From the NCBI RefSeq assembly GCF_009914755.1, contig NC_060926.1: DNA of 64,000 bases; one strand, given 5' to 3'. Every line of letters starts with the position of its first letter. Position 1 is the first letter of the stretch. Both the position numbers and the translations under genes were made by a program. Below are positions 1 through 18,772 of this stretch, piece by piece. This DNA comes from the human T2T-CHM13v2.0 reference genome, Homo sapiens. Under the pieces are notes generated by a model, which was given only the letters and a program-made list of their open reading frames with translations, was not told the DNA's origin and ran no database searches.

Positions 1-670
1 CCTATAGAGTGATCTGGTTTAAAGTGATATAATGGACCCCATCTTTGAATCCCATCAGTTATCTCTATGACTGTATGTATTGACTAATTTGAAGATGAGA
101 TAAATGTCTAAGTTTAAAGGCCCACATTAAAGTGAGACCAGTATGAAAGGAAAACTTCCAAGTCCCTTGACACCTGTCCCAGCACCCCTACTTCCCCATT
201 AAGTCTACGATGTTTGGAGGAATCCAGGCAAGGGATGTGGCATAGACAGAGGCAATGTAAGTATGTCCTAGGGGAAGACACATAAACTATACTCAGCTAT
301 GCTCAGTTTTGTGAACATGCTTGGCTTTCTACCTCTTTTGTGCCTTATCATATGCTGACCACTCCTTGCACAAAATGTTCTATACTACTGCCAATATCAG
401 CCCCAAAAGAATAAAATGGTCTTTTTTCCTGTTGTTACTAGACCTCTATGTTAGCTAGACTTTAACTGATCATGCCGTATTGTCATAATTCCAATGCATA
501 TTTCCCCCTTGAGGGCATGGGTCTTTTGTACACCTAGGTACAAAATTATCAAAGTTGCTGGCATATAATACCTCTCAATAAGTTAAGTGAGTGTATAAAA
601 TATAGGTTGAGGCCAGATGGTGGAAGGCCTTCAATGCCAAGTGACTGAAGCTTAGATTTTATTTTGTACA

Positions 671-985
671 TGTATCATTCAGGATATGCTGAATTATGTT
701 ACAAGCAAACTCCAAATTTCACTGACATAACACAAAGTTTATTTCCTGCTCACATCACATGTCCATTGAAACCAAAAGAAGGCCTCTGCTTCTTGTCATC
801 ACCCAGGCATCTGGGATGAGGGAGGCTTCATCTTGATGTGTGTTTCCAGTGAACACCGCACCAGTGTGGCACATCACACAGTGCTTCTTAAACATCTTGC
901 CCTTTGTCGCTTCCACTCATGTTGTACAGACCAAAGCAATTCACATGACCACACCTCGTTTCAGAGGAGGTAGGAAAGAACAATC
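671..985. mobile_element. Old MaLR LTR fragment (MLT1-like)
   Basis: ACAAAGTTTATTTC..GCTCAC and CCAAAGCAA..CACATGACCACACC motifs resemble MLT1J/K/L; boundaries approximate. Confidence 0.45.
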
Positions 986-3733
986 CTAGAACAATCCTAT
1001 TCTGGAAGTTCAAAAGCCAGAATGATCAGGTCAAGAGAACGAATGACAACTTCAGCAGGGAACAGGGAGTCATACAAAGTTCTTCTAAAAACAGAAAACT
1101 GGAAACATACGGTTGAGAATACAAATAAGGTGTGAAGGAGCGCATAGATTACCTGAAATTGGGTGCTTGGGGAAAGAAAGCTGGGAGACACATCGGACTC
1201 ACAGAGAGCTTGGAGTTTAGGGATCTCTTAGCAGTCCTTGCACTGAACTGTGCCTTCACATTAAGCAAGATACTTATTCTGGCTTCGCTTCAGTACCTCC
1301 AAGGGGAAAAGAGATACAAAGATGGTAATGTATACCGCCTTCCTGTTAGTCTGAGGGTTAATGAAAGTTGGGGGAAGAGGCACTTAACTCCCTGTTTGCT
1401 ATTCAATTCTAGAGACAGCTGCCTCTTAAACAAAACGAGCCTTTTGCTTTGAGTCCATAGTACATTTCCACAGTGACAAATTCTGCCAAGCTCACCAAAA
1501 TTTGAGCTAAACCTGAATAATAAGTTGACCATTTGTTTTATGAATTGGATGTGCATCCTGCCAAGTTTTCCAAGTGGTTATGACAACAGAATCCCTCATC
1601 TATAATATCCATCCACAGCCCTCATCTGTAGCTCCCTTGTTTGTTCTGAAGATAATATATTGATTGTGTCTCTTTCGATGGCATTCCTTCCATGCTTCTC
1701 ACATGAGGAAGAGTTACTGCTGTTTTCCCCAGGAGACCTAAAATGACTGCATTTTTACACATGTTATTTACTGTATACGTTCTAATATCAAAATGGTCAA
1801 TTCATTTATAATCTTTTTAACATGCCTTAGAGAATAAAGGGTCTGTTATTATGTTTTGTTTATACGAGGAGCTTTTTTCTTTTTTTGCATTTAAGTTTTA
1901 CTTTACAACACATAATTGATCTTGTGCCCATGAATAGTTAACATTAATTATGCACAATTAGCATATGATAATGAATGACACACGTTTCGAGCAAATATTA
2001 GACAGCATAATTATACTATTATTGCGTTCAGCTATGCAGATTCACAAAATATGATGGTGTGTTCATCTCTATTGAATCCATTTACCTGGACTAAAGTGAT
2101 GACTTAAAAATGAACACAGTAGAAAATAAATGCAGGTAAGTCAAATACTGTTAAGCACTAAAGAATATTTCCAAGCGGCAAGAGCTGAAGGTCGGTAGAC
2201 CAGTTCTTTTGCTTTTAGCTAGCAGGATATTTTAGATGCACATTGTAGGATTTTGGAGCTCAGTTTAAAAATCCTTCAGAATTCAAGGGTTGTTTTATGT
2301 AAAGTGTTCTGACAGGCAAAATGATTCCTTTTTAAACATAATTCACCTCTGCTCTGCAGGCCTCTTGTGGAGAACAAAAACATCTATTCAGAGTAACAAC
2401 TGTTTTTGGTATGCACAGAATTTAAGGTGCTTAAGAAGATGGGAAGCCCTACAACATTATGCCGTTGGTCTAAAAGCACCAGATGAAATCAGGTGAGAGA
2501 AATAAGGCTTGGAGAAATCCTCTCACTGGCTAGAATTATCAACAATAGCTTGACTGTCTTTTCAAGTGTTCTTTCATTATGGCACTTAATTTTTTTTCAA
2601 GTAAAACAAGATAAACAAGTAGGCTGTGATTGAACTTTGACTTTCTAGTTAAGAATTCGCTATTTGAAGAGTCTATTCGCCTCACAAAAATGAGACTTCC
2701 TTTACAAAGAACCACAAAAGCCCAAAGTAAAGATAACCTTATATTTCCCAGATTGTGAGCATAGAAAATTATTCCGAGTCGTCACACAAACCAATTTTCG
2801 CACCTGGACTTGATCCAGGTACACGGCTGATAGAGACACACTCTGCCCTCCTCCTCCTCTCTTTTTTGTGTACTCATATTAACTTTGAGGAACCCATCTT
2901 GAGAGCTCTTGGCTGACTTCTATTTTAAGAACCTAGTTCAGCCATTATAATTAGTCCCTAGTTTGTCTGGAATCCTCTCGGGCATTCAAACTGTTCCAAG
3001 ATCCTAAATAAGTCCTTTTCAGAATTTTCCACTGGAATATCCCTAATGGCAGAAGAAAGTCAACTTACCTTTGGGGGCCTGGGTCCCTAACTCAAAATGG
3101 AAAATGCTATTGAAGTCCTTTATTTTGCCATAAAGAAATAGAAAGTTCTGTATACACTTTGTGTTTTTCCATATAATAGATCTGAATTGTATTTTATTTT
3201 TTAAAACCGTTAATATTTTAAATTATTTATCATTGAGTAAAATGGATGGTCCAGGATGATACACTGTGCCTATAGCTTTGAGCATTCCCCAGCACACTGT
3301 TAAGGCGTGCTCTGAGGTACCAGTTCTCAGAATGGAGGCCTAGTCTGTTTCATGGAAAATCTTTTCATAAAACAAGCTTATCATTAAATATTTGCAATTG
3401 CAAACAATACTGCAAAGCAAGTGTTCATCAATAGGGAACAGATGACATTTTTTGTTGTGCCGCATCCAGACAGTGAATATCATACAACTGTTTAAAAGGA
3501 TAAATACCATCTATTGTATTGTCAAGTAAAGATGTCCATAATGTAGTGTCAAGGGAAAAAGTTACAGAATGATATTATAGGGTGATCCCATTAATATATT
3601 TGTACAGTGCTTTTAAAATCTTTGTATGGAATAGGGTCTGGGAAAATTTCACTTTCCATGGGAATGCATTAATTATTTTGCACCAACTATGGATTATTGC
3701 AAATCTAAAACAACTTACGTAATCCCATTTTGA

Positions 3734-4186
<453 letters not shown>

Positions 4187-4742
4187 TAGTACTCTTGATG
4201 AATTGTTATAAGGATTCATTTTGAATATTTCATCTGATGGAACACTGAGGTCATGTAGAAGAGGACCAAGAAGAAAACAAAAATTTACCCTATTCCTACC
4301 ATGCAGAGACAACTCATAGGTCCTTTCTCATGTTGAACCGAATCTGGGCTCCTCTTCTCAATGGTCCTGGTTCTCTGTTCTAAAGATGGATTTCTAATAA
4401 TGCATCTGTGCTCCCTCTTCTAGGTAACAGCCTCCGAACAGGTAAACGCAGATTGTACATTTCTCTTCAGTCTTCTCTAAATTAAGCAGAATTGACCTTC
4501 AAATATTCCTTAAAGCACACAGTTTCCTTTTGAGGCTTATAAATTTGACATTGCTCATCTTAAAGCCTGCTCCCAAATGATTGTGACCTTGTAACTAAGG
4601 TTTGACCATCATGAACAGTGATTGTCACTCTATATCTGTGGATCTAATTCAAAATGGAAAATTTCTTGGAAGTCTTATATTTTACCACATTAGTCTATGT
4701 ATCTGTATTTTTAATTTAAAATTAATATTTAAAATTACCTAG

Positions 4743-5116
4743 TGTATTAGTCTGTTCTCAAACTGCTATAAAGACATACCTGAGACTAGGCAATTTATAA
4801 AGGAAAGAAGCTTAATTGACTCACAGTTCACTTCCACATGGCTGGGGAGGCCTCAGGAAACTTATGATCATAGTGGAAGGGGAAGAGGCACATCTTACAT
4901 GGCAGCAGGCGAGAGAGATCAAGCAAGAGCAGGGAAAACTGCCTTATAAAACCATCAGATCTCATGAGAACTCATTCACTATCACAAAACAGCATGGGGG
5001 AAACCACCTCCATGATCCAATCACCTCCCACCTGGTTCCTCCTTCCACACATAGGGATTATGGGGATTACAATCCAAAATGAGATATGGGTGGGGACACA
5101 GAGCCAAACCTTATCA
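4743..5116 (-). mobile_element. MaLR solo LTR (MSTA/THE1-like)
   Basis: TGTATTAGTCTGTTCTC...GAGCCAAACCTTATCA with TG...CA termini, ~375 bp. Confidence 0.85.
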
Positions 5117-5319
5117 CTTACCAAGTAACATGGATGGTTTAGAAAGCCATACTGCACCTATGGTTCTGCATATCCCCTAACAAACTGCCATGATGCCATC
5201 CTAAATAGTGCGCTTTCAGAAGGAATTGCCATAGAATTTTTGCCATATTGTCATTAAAATAAAATTCTCTAAGTACAATGTCATTCTCATAATCATCCAG
5301 ACGTTTGATACATATCAAT

Positions 5320-5900
5320 TCTCTACTGCATACAGCTAGGTGCTGGGATACCATGAGAACCTGACCATCTCAGTTTCTGCCTTCACAGATGTTTTTTCAA
5401 GGGAGGGATACAGAAAAGTGAACAGGTAATTAATTACAAGGCAGAATGTGAGACAGTATGATGAGCTATAGGGGATCACCTATACACTATGACGATCTTG
5501 TAGGGGATCACCCAATAGGTGCTCAGAGCTCAGAGGCAGCTTCCTGGAGGAAGAGATACATAAGTTCAGATTTGGAGATCCAGGAAGAATTAGCCAGATC
5601 ATTAAAGAGGGGGAGAAAAGTGTGTTTGAGGGTGCTCTAGGTACAGACCAGCATCAGCACAATCCCAGGGGCAAAAGAAAGCATGGCATATTCAGGCAAC
5701 TGAAAGAAGTTGAATGTGATTGAGAGTGGAGCTTGAGGTGAGAACTGATAAAGTTTGCTGTTTGAGAGGATAATATTGGGGCCAGATCATGAAGGACCTT
5801 GAGAAACTTGGTAATGAATTTAGACTTTGTTCTAAAGGTCAAGAGAATCCACTAAGAGTATCCAAGCCTGGGAACAGATTGGAGGTGGTCCACCAGACAG
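5320..5900. mobile_element. Degraded L2 fragment
   Basis: L2-like motifs (GGGGCCAGATCATGAAGGACCTT, TTTAGACTTTGTTCTAA); approximate. Confidence 0.5.
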
Positions 5901-8185
5901 GAGGCAAAAAGGCCAGACTCAGGCATTAATTTATTTGGATTTTCTGAGTTTCGATTTTCTCATCTTTGAAATAAGGACAATAGCACATATCTCAAGGACT
6001 GTTATGGAATTTAAATTGAATATTAGAAATCAAGAAGCTAAATCAGTGTTTGGCATGTTAGGAGACCAAGACTATCTCCTGGCCCCTCGTAAGTCTATGG
6101 TGTTGTATTTTTATTGGTATCTGATTTATTTTGTAACATATGATAATTAATATTCATTACTGAATGATTCTTAACTATGATCAAAGGCCCACATGTTCAT
6201 ATGTCCATGCAATGATGACCATGCCTATCAGCAAAAGGGCAATCAGTGTTCTTATAGAAGTTATTGGAATTGTGAACCACTTGTTAGCTTTCATGAATAC
6301 TGGAAACCACCATATTGGACATTTAAAAAAAGTCTTTTGTCCTCTTAACTAAGCAAACATGTACTTTCTGAAATTTAGTTTTCTCTTCAGATTTCATACA
6401 TTCTGTTTTTAAAATTGCCCAGTTGTTGCTAATACATCAAACCATATTTTTGGTAGAATGGAGAAAGGAGGAAAAGAAGGATTTGGGGAGGAAGAGGGAC
6501 AGGAAATAGCTGAAGAATGATACTTTGCTTTGGCTTATGTGACATAGATAAGACTTGCCCTTTGACTATGGAAGGCCTTATGCCAGTCAGAAAGTTACAC
6601 TAAACGCTAAACTGTTGATAGTTGCAATCTTATTAGCAATATGAATATTTGAAATGTACATTTTAAATGAAATTATCTTTGGGAATGTGATTTTCCCCAG
6701 AGCTGTATAAGTAGATGTCTATTTTCTTCATTATTTTACCAAGTAAGTTTGTTTAGAAAACCTATGCAATAGAAACTCTATTATTCTTGAGTATTACTTT
6801 AAGAAAATAATCTGGCTAGGGAATGCAGTCTGAAATCCAATGTCAAAGTATTTTAACCAGCCTGGAATTCTGCATAAGGTACCCTGTGAAGAGTCATAAC
6901 AAGATGTCCAGGAACAGAATGAAACCTGTCTAATTCCAGTGGGGAAGTGGGGAAAACAAAATAGAAAGAAAATTCTGATATCTTCCTTTCCAAGTAATAG
7001 GCAAATTATGTAATAAAAGGCTAGAGATTTAGCAGAAACCACCTGGACCTTAAAAAAAAACTGATGTACAGAGAAAACCATTACATTCTGTGTAGCTATA
7101 AGGTTAGTGATTGTGATTCAAGAGTTGACATTTATTTTATTTTTCACATTCCATGGGCAGAATTAGTACCATATGGCAACAAACCACTGGGAGGTTAAAA
7201 ATCACAAGATGATAAATTTCTGCTTTTAAAATGTAAAGTAGATCAAAATGTTTTAGGCTTCTTTTTGTTTTTATTTTATTCCACCTTGTTTTTTCCTTTC
7301 CTTTTCCTGGAAAGTTCACAATACAGTATCAGTCACCTAGAAAACATTTAATCATAATAACTGATGATGATAAATATTATATGCATATGTAAGACATGAG
7401 CTTCGGTCACTAGTGGAAGAAGGCCTTCATGGAAATACTTCTTTATAAGGGATCATCGACTTTTTATTCATTCTCCCAAAACTTTAGCCAAGGAAAACCA
7501 AGCATTTATTTACTTTGAACTTTAATATTTTCTTTATTGTTATTAAAAAGTAATAATTCTACTTAAAGGTGCCCAAAATCTCCTATCACTTAGTGCTCCA
7601 AGTTAGACTATTAGAGTTTTATTCATTTAGCTGAAGGCTGAATGCTTCTTAAAATACAAATATCCCCATAAGAAGGGTAGCAATTAGTCTTTTTGTACCA
7701 TACTGGGGCTTCAAAAATCTGATGTAGGAAAGGAATCTGAGTGCCTCAGTTTATTAGATTCACCACCACAGAAGGAAGATCTGAGTAAAAAAGTGTCAGA
7801 AGAGGGAGGCTGTAGCTAACACAGATAAGCTGCGGCCCAGGTGGTTTGGCTAAGCTTGGCTGCAGGTGCAGATGGTTCCAGGGAAGGTGATTCTTCTTAT
7901 CTCCATGGTGTGACTATTTGTAGGCAACAATTCTTGGAAGAGCTGGATTTGAGTCCTGGGGGGTCTTCCAGGCAGCAAGCAGTGGGAAAGCTTTCTTTGG
8001 CTGGCCCCCAAACTGACCCAGTGCGTAGTCATGGGTATTGCAGAAAGTCACAGTGCAATTACTTCCTTGAATGGACTCACACAGAAGCAACAAGAAACAC
8101 TATTAAAGTAGCAGTAGCAAGAGCAAAAAAAAGTTACTGAATTTGTAGCTGAGGCGTAATGTTTAAGCTTTAAGAAAACAACCTA

Positions 8186-8603
<418 letters not shown>

Positions 8604-8672
8604 TTATCCAGCCAGTCCAATCTAAAGACCTCCCTAATACCTAGAGAGGCGGGCTCCAGAGTTAACATTTTA

Positions 8673-9038
<366 letters not shown>

Positions 9039-9163
9039 CTATATTAAGCTTCTCTCCATTAATTCTCACAACAACCTGGGCATTAAAATTACCCTTATTT
9101 TACATAGGAGGACATTGAGGCTTAGAGGTAAGTAGTTTATCCTAAATTTCAGAGATAAGCAAT

Positions 9164-9539
9164 TGTATTTGTTTGCTGGTATTATTAATGAGCCACAGGC
9201 TGACTGGCTTAAACAAGAGAAGTTTATTTCCTCACAGTTCTAGAGTTTAGAAGTCCAAGGTCAAGGTCCAGGGTCAGTTGGGTTGTTTTTTTCTGAGGCC
9301 TCTCTCCTTACTGGCTGTCATCTCCCTGTGTCCTCACATAATATTCCCTCTGTGTGTGTCTGTGTCCTAATCGCCTCTTCTTATAAGGATACTTTAAGAA
9401 CTAAGGCCCACCCTAATAACTTCATTTTAGCTTTATTATCATTTTAAAGATCCTCTCTCCAAATACAGTCACATTCGGAGGTACTGGGTTTAGGATTTCA
9501 ACATACGAATTTCGGGGAGACCCAATTCAATCCATAACA
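9164..9539. mobile_element. MaLR solo LTR (MLT1B/C-like), adjacent to a MIR remnant at ~9010-9150
   Basis: TG...CA termini and CTCACAGTTCTAGAG..AGAAGTCCAAG motif; 5-bp flanks GCAAT/GGAAT match 4/5. Confidence 0.8.
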
Positions 9540-11829
9540 GGAATTCTTTTAAGTTATTTTAGGTAGATGTATATTTATTATAGATAACATGATTAAGTTA
9601 TAATATTATACTCTATATCGGCCAATGAAATGAACTACCCTAGATACCTCAAAACAAGAAATCTGTCACAAGAAAATAGTTTCATGGGTAAAGAAAGAGT
9701 TGAGAAACCCAGCAGAAATAATCTAAAGACAAACAAGTACGGAAATACATTTTTTCCTCTGGGGCTGGTAGGATGAAAAGAGGAAGGAGATGGTGTCACT
9801 GGAGCAGCACGTGATTAGAGGCCACCCAGCGGATCTGAACTGCTGTGGACCTGTCCCATGGGAGCTGGGGCCGCAAAGGACAGGGCTGTTTGGCAAGACA
9901 TGAAGCCAAGTAGAAAACGGGCGCTGACGAGATGCTACCTGAAACAGAGAGGAGGACCAACACTTTGACCTCTTCCTCTGCCAGAGCCTACCCCTGGTTG
10001 ATTCTCTGCCAGAACTGGAGGGCCCAGGCACCCCGGAAATGCAGTGCCCTTAGTTCTCTGTGAAAAGGAGCAGAGCACAGGAAAGGCAAGGCATGGCTCC
10101 GGGAGCAAAGATCCGAAAACCAACACTACTAACTTTATAGAGTTCATTTCACAAGTTGGAACACAGTGGTTCTTGACCAGTGGTTTTGTGGGCCTGGTGA
10201 AGTCACCAGTTCAGTTCCTTTAAGAACTATGGAACAGAAATTCCTGAATTGCTTAGAACTGGTTTAAAGCCAGGATTTGGGTGTTTGCTTGTAGAAACCA
10301 GAAAAACAAACAAACAAAAAAACCCACTTTGTACCAATGAGCTTTGTTTCTTTCATCGCTTTGTTTGGATATGCTTAGCCTATAAGATTGTTCTCTAAAT
10401 GAGCAAATGCTTGTAAGCAGCTTTGAGACTGTAAAGATATGACTTACCTGACAATTGCTTGGTTCACTTGCTACCTGTCTTTTGCATATTTTCTCCTCTC
10501 ATCATAGTTTTTTGAGACAGGAACATGTCTTTGAAGAAATCTGTGTCTCCCTGCAACCTCAGGACTGATGATCATAAGGTGTCTGTGGAGCCCTTTGTTG
10601 GGAGAGGACTGGGAGAGGACCGGGAGAAGGGGGAGCGTGTGTTTCATGTGGCCAGAATCCTCTGCAGCCACCAGCAGGAGAAGAGAGGCATGGGATGTCA
10701 GACATATTAACAGAATCATTTAGAGCAACTTGTTTTCTATGCAGAGACTTTTTCAAGACCAGGGCTATTTTTGCCGCTTAATGTGGTCTGCATTTTCTGC
10801 AGTCAGACCCCACTGATGGTTAATGACAGAAGATCCAGGAAGCTTGGGGATTGTGCCAGTAGACACCAGAGACAGTAACCTTGTCAAAAAAGAAACAGAT
10901 GACATACTTACAGCATGGTGAGACACTCAGTTCCTAAGCCCCTAAAGCAACTAGGAAGAGACTTGATGCAGAGACACTAATTACACAGCCGGATTTCTCC
11001 GAAGGCAGCATTTACCAATCCTCTCTCCTAAAAATGTAGATTGGCAGAGGGATAATTCCAAGTAATTTAATGAAACAGCAGGTGATAGTGAGAATTATCC
11101 TAGGGGTGGGGCAAGCAAGTAGCCGTGTGCAGTCAGGCACATACTAAGTTGCCTCTCATGCCCACATTCCTAGGCATAAAAGACCCATCAAAGGGTGAGC
11201 TGCGGCAAACAAGGTACATTGATTAGTATGTATCATTCAGCTGTTGGCATGCTGACACACCCACTGAGTGATATTGGACTCGTGGGATTGATATCTGTGA
11301 CTCAAAAAGCCTAAGGATTTCAAACAGGTGACTCAGACATCACATGTATAGCTCTTTCCTTATTGGCAGCCTCGGCTGGGCGGGTGCTCAGCCTGCATCT
11401 CACAGGTTCCCCTGTCAACTCTTGTTGTCATCATTGACTCTAAGCCGCATTTTGGCAGGGTTCTGTCTACATTTGTGATTATTTTATCCTCAGCATCCAG
11501 CACATTGCCTGGCACATGGTGAGTCAAATTCATCTCTAGGACGGTCTTTGAGTTTGCACATAAAATGTTGGAAGTATTTTGCCATCGGTTTCAATGAATA
11601 CTGTTATTGAAGTTATTTTTTCTTTCTTAGCAAATGAAATCATAATGTGAATAATCAGCTTCATTAAATCTATTCTCAAATTCTCTCCCAGATTTTTTTG
11701 GGAAAAAGGAAGTTAATTATAAACATGGATTTGGGTGAGAGGCTTTAAGTTTAGGGTGTCCCAGAGCTCTGTGGGGGCCACAGCGCCTTATTCTTCAGTT
11801 TAGGACATCTGAGAGTGGTTGGTATTTAA

Positions 11830-11995
11830 AATGGTTTCAAACCTGGCTGTTCTTTGGAATCCCCCTGAGGCTTTAAAAACTTCTGATGCCTTGGTCTCCG
11901 GATTCTGGAGGAATCAGTCTGAGGTGTACCTTGGGCATTGGAATTTTTTAATCTTCCCAGATGATTCTAATGTGCAGCCAAGGTTGAAAACCAAA
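11830..11995. mobile_element. MER5-type hAT-Charlie MITE
   Basis: ATGATTCTAATGTGCAGCCAAGGTTGAAAACCA terminal motif. Confidence 0.65.
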
Positions 11996-13099
11996 GTAAG
12001 AATCTTCTCTTACGCCAATGTGGATACTTAATGTTACTGATGATGAGTCTCAAGTGACCCCATGCCTTTATTTTTATCTCTTAAATTACCAACAGAGGGA
12101 AATAAGTTTCATCCTCCATGAAAGTCAGTGTCTTTTCCCACAACACCATGTGTGGCAGGGCGGTGACACGGATTCACCCAGCCCGCTTTCATTTTCTCTT
12201 TATAATGGACACCTCTCCCTTTATGCTTTCGGGTTCTCTCCTCCCCTCCCCACTTATCCCTAGCCCTCTATTAACTTTGGGGTGTAATAGACTCCCCTTT
12301 CTAGCCCCTTTCTCAAGAGTATTTGGTTTTAAGGAGCATCCTACATTATAATCACTGTGAGAAAACTGATATAGAGCAATGCAAACACAGGGAAGTTAGG
12401 AAGGTTCCAGAAATTCCTAACCATCTCAACAGTGACTGTCTCTATTTTGTATCTCATGTCCCTCCCCTCTGAGCTGGTGACTGGAAGCTGTGGCACCCCT
12501 TAAGCCTTTCTCTGACTTTCGATTTCTTTCTCTCTTAGATGAAGAACATGTAAAGGTTCAGCCACCAAAAACTGCTCACTTCTGCCCACTGAGGCATCTG
12601 GGCAGATTAACAGGTGGATTTGTTGAGCTATTTGATTTGTCTGAGACCCTCTAGCCTAGGCATGGATTCCCACTTCACTGCCTTTTATTGTGTCAGCCTG
12701 GGCACTTAACCTCTTTAAAAACATTACTTCTATGAAAAAATGTATTTCAAATTGTGACTCACATGCAAATAAAATTTTTGGAACTCAACCTGTCTGTAAG
12801 TTGGAGATAGCTGGTAAATATTATTATAATTTAGTAAATATTATTCAGAAAAAGAAATCACAAAATGAATTAATCCATTGTTTTGGTCTTAAGCAATAAA
12901 AAGTATAAGCAATAGAAACAAGGTACTGAAAAGTGTCAGAAGGTTTATTATGAGCCTCATTTGTGGTGTTATTGTGTCCTAGCATAAACCATTGCTGACT
13001 GTTCAGGTAATTGTTAATGTCTGAGGAAGTGCCTGATCCTCAGAATTAGCTTAACTTTGGAATAACAATAGTTTAGAAGAATAGATCCTTTACCATAAG

Positions 13100-13295
13100 T
13101 CAGACCCATGCTAAGTATTATTTAATTCCCACAATGACCACATGAATTAGACTCTATTATTTCTCACATTCTACAGATGGGTAAACTGAGACATAGAGAA
13201 GTTAAATAACTTTCTTATAGCATCCAGCACACAAATGTCTAAGCTATGGTTTTCACTGGACAATGTGACCTCTGAGTCAGCACACTTAATCATGT
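13100..13295. mobile_element. MIR
   Basis: Core TACAGATGGGTAAACTGAGACATAGAGAAGTTAAATAACTT. Confidence 0.7.
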
Positions 13296-14639
13296 GCAAT
13301 CTGCAAGAGTCAGTAAAGGATATCATTTAAATCATCTGTTACACCTAAGGATGAAAAAAGAAGACATGGCCTTGGCCATAGTGGTACCTTGTGTTGACAT
13401 TGTTGGAGGGAGAGGAGTCTCATGTGTGTGGTATGTATTTGGACATTTGCATTTTAAACATTCCTAAAGGATCGGGTTTTGAATACCTTGTTAGTATGAT
13501 TTCTCTAACATTAGTCTTGCTTGAGCCTGAGGGCCATGTTAGAGAAGCTCTGAGAGCCTAGACCTTCTCATGGTCTTGAAAATAACTGATTCTTTTTTTT
13601 TTTTTGTATTTAAGTATTCACGAGATGCTGTGAACCTTTTATAAATCTCCAAAATCAACTTTAACATTTCCCTCCTCCTCTGTAAAGAACAGCCCTTTTA
13701 AGAAATAGATGATCAGCACATTAATATTAACAAAATTTATATTTTGGAAGTATCTGCAATTTTACCCCAAATGAATTGCAAATAAATACTTTGTAAGACT
13801 CTTGTATGATGAATGCCAGTTTTTAATTTTTGAAGTTTTTATTATTGGTTAAGATTTAGCTATGCCTCTCCTAGGAATAGCTTGTATATTTCCATGGCGT
13901 CATGGTAATTGGAGAATCACTGGTCTATATAAATAAGTTTCATAAACTAGTGGAGTTTTTCCTGGAGATCAAGGAAAGAAGTGTGAGTAATGTGCACCAT
14001 ACTGTGAATAAAATATATTAGGGACCAAGGAGTCATGGATTCAAATTTCCACACTTTTAGAAATTACAGCTCTAACATTTTAATCCATAATTCTATAATC
14101 CCAAATCCCTGAAAATAGTAAGCATTTCCATAACTCCTTCGGAAGCCAATTTGACCTGAACCTCTATGATGTTATTTGTGGTCCTGAAAACTCCTTTCCG
14201 TGTCACTGTTCGTGCATTTTAGTGCCGAAATGTTAATGTGTTTGATTACTGGGTTGTGCCCAGGCCCTGATGTAGATGTCATATGATATAAAATATGTAT
14301 AGAGTATTAACTTTTCAAAAATGAAAAAAATTATAAATTCTGAAAAATTCTAAACTCTGAAATCAGACTTTCAGGATTCAGGTATGATTCAGATATAATT
14401 TTTTAAAAAAGAGCATTTGACTGACAAGTAACTTTAGCAAAACATATCAGTCTGCTTTTTAAAATTTATTCATTGATCCATTTAATTAACAAGTATTTAT
14501 TGAGTATTAAGGCTGGTGATATAATTGTGATTGAAACTAGAAACAGTCTAATGGGCATGACAAAACATTATTGTCACTCAAATGAATATATACAAACTAA
14601 GTTAACTGCTCTAAAGGTATTTTGATATCACTCAGAGTG

Positions 14640-14653
14640 CAAAATAAATGTTT
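14640..14653. repeat. Left target-site duplication of L1HS (CAAAATAAATGTTT)
   Basis: Identical 14-mer at 20692-20705. The right copy continues GTTT|AAAAA, close to the L1 endonuclease consensus TTTT/AA. Confidence 0.93.
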
Positions 14654-14881
14654 TTTTTTTTTTTTTTTTTTTTTTTATTATACTCTAAGTTTTAGGGTAC
14701 ATGTGCACATTGTGCAGGTTAGTTACATATGTATACATGTGCCATGCTGGTGCGCTGCACCCACTAATGTGTCATCTAGCATTAGGTATATCTCCCAATG
14801 CTATCCCTCCCCCCTCCCCCGACCCCACCACAGTCCCCAGAGTGTGATATTCCCCTTCCTGTGTCCATGTGATCTCATTGT

Positions 14882-18733
<3,852 letters not shown>

Positions 18734-18772
18734 TCATTAGTTGATGCAGTTTCTTCCTAGTCTCGATGGTCT

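Noticed and set aside
13690-14400. Possible old DNA-transposon remnants (also ~12700-12810 and ~57960-58260)
   Set aside because: Resemblance too weak to assign family or boundaries by eye.
13900-14650. 3' transduction on the young L1HS
   Set aside because: The poly(A) directly abuts the TSD, leaving no room for transduced sequence.
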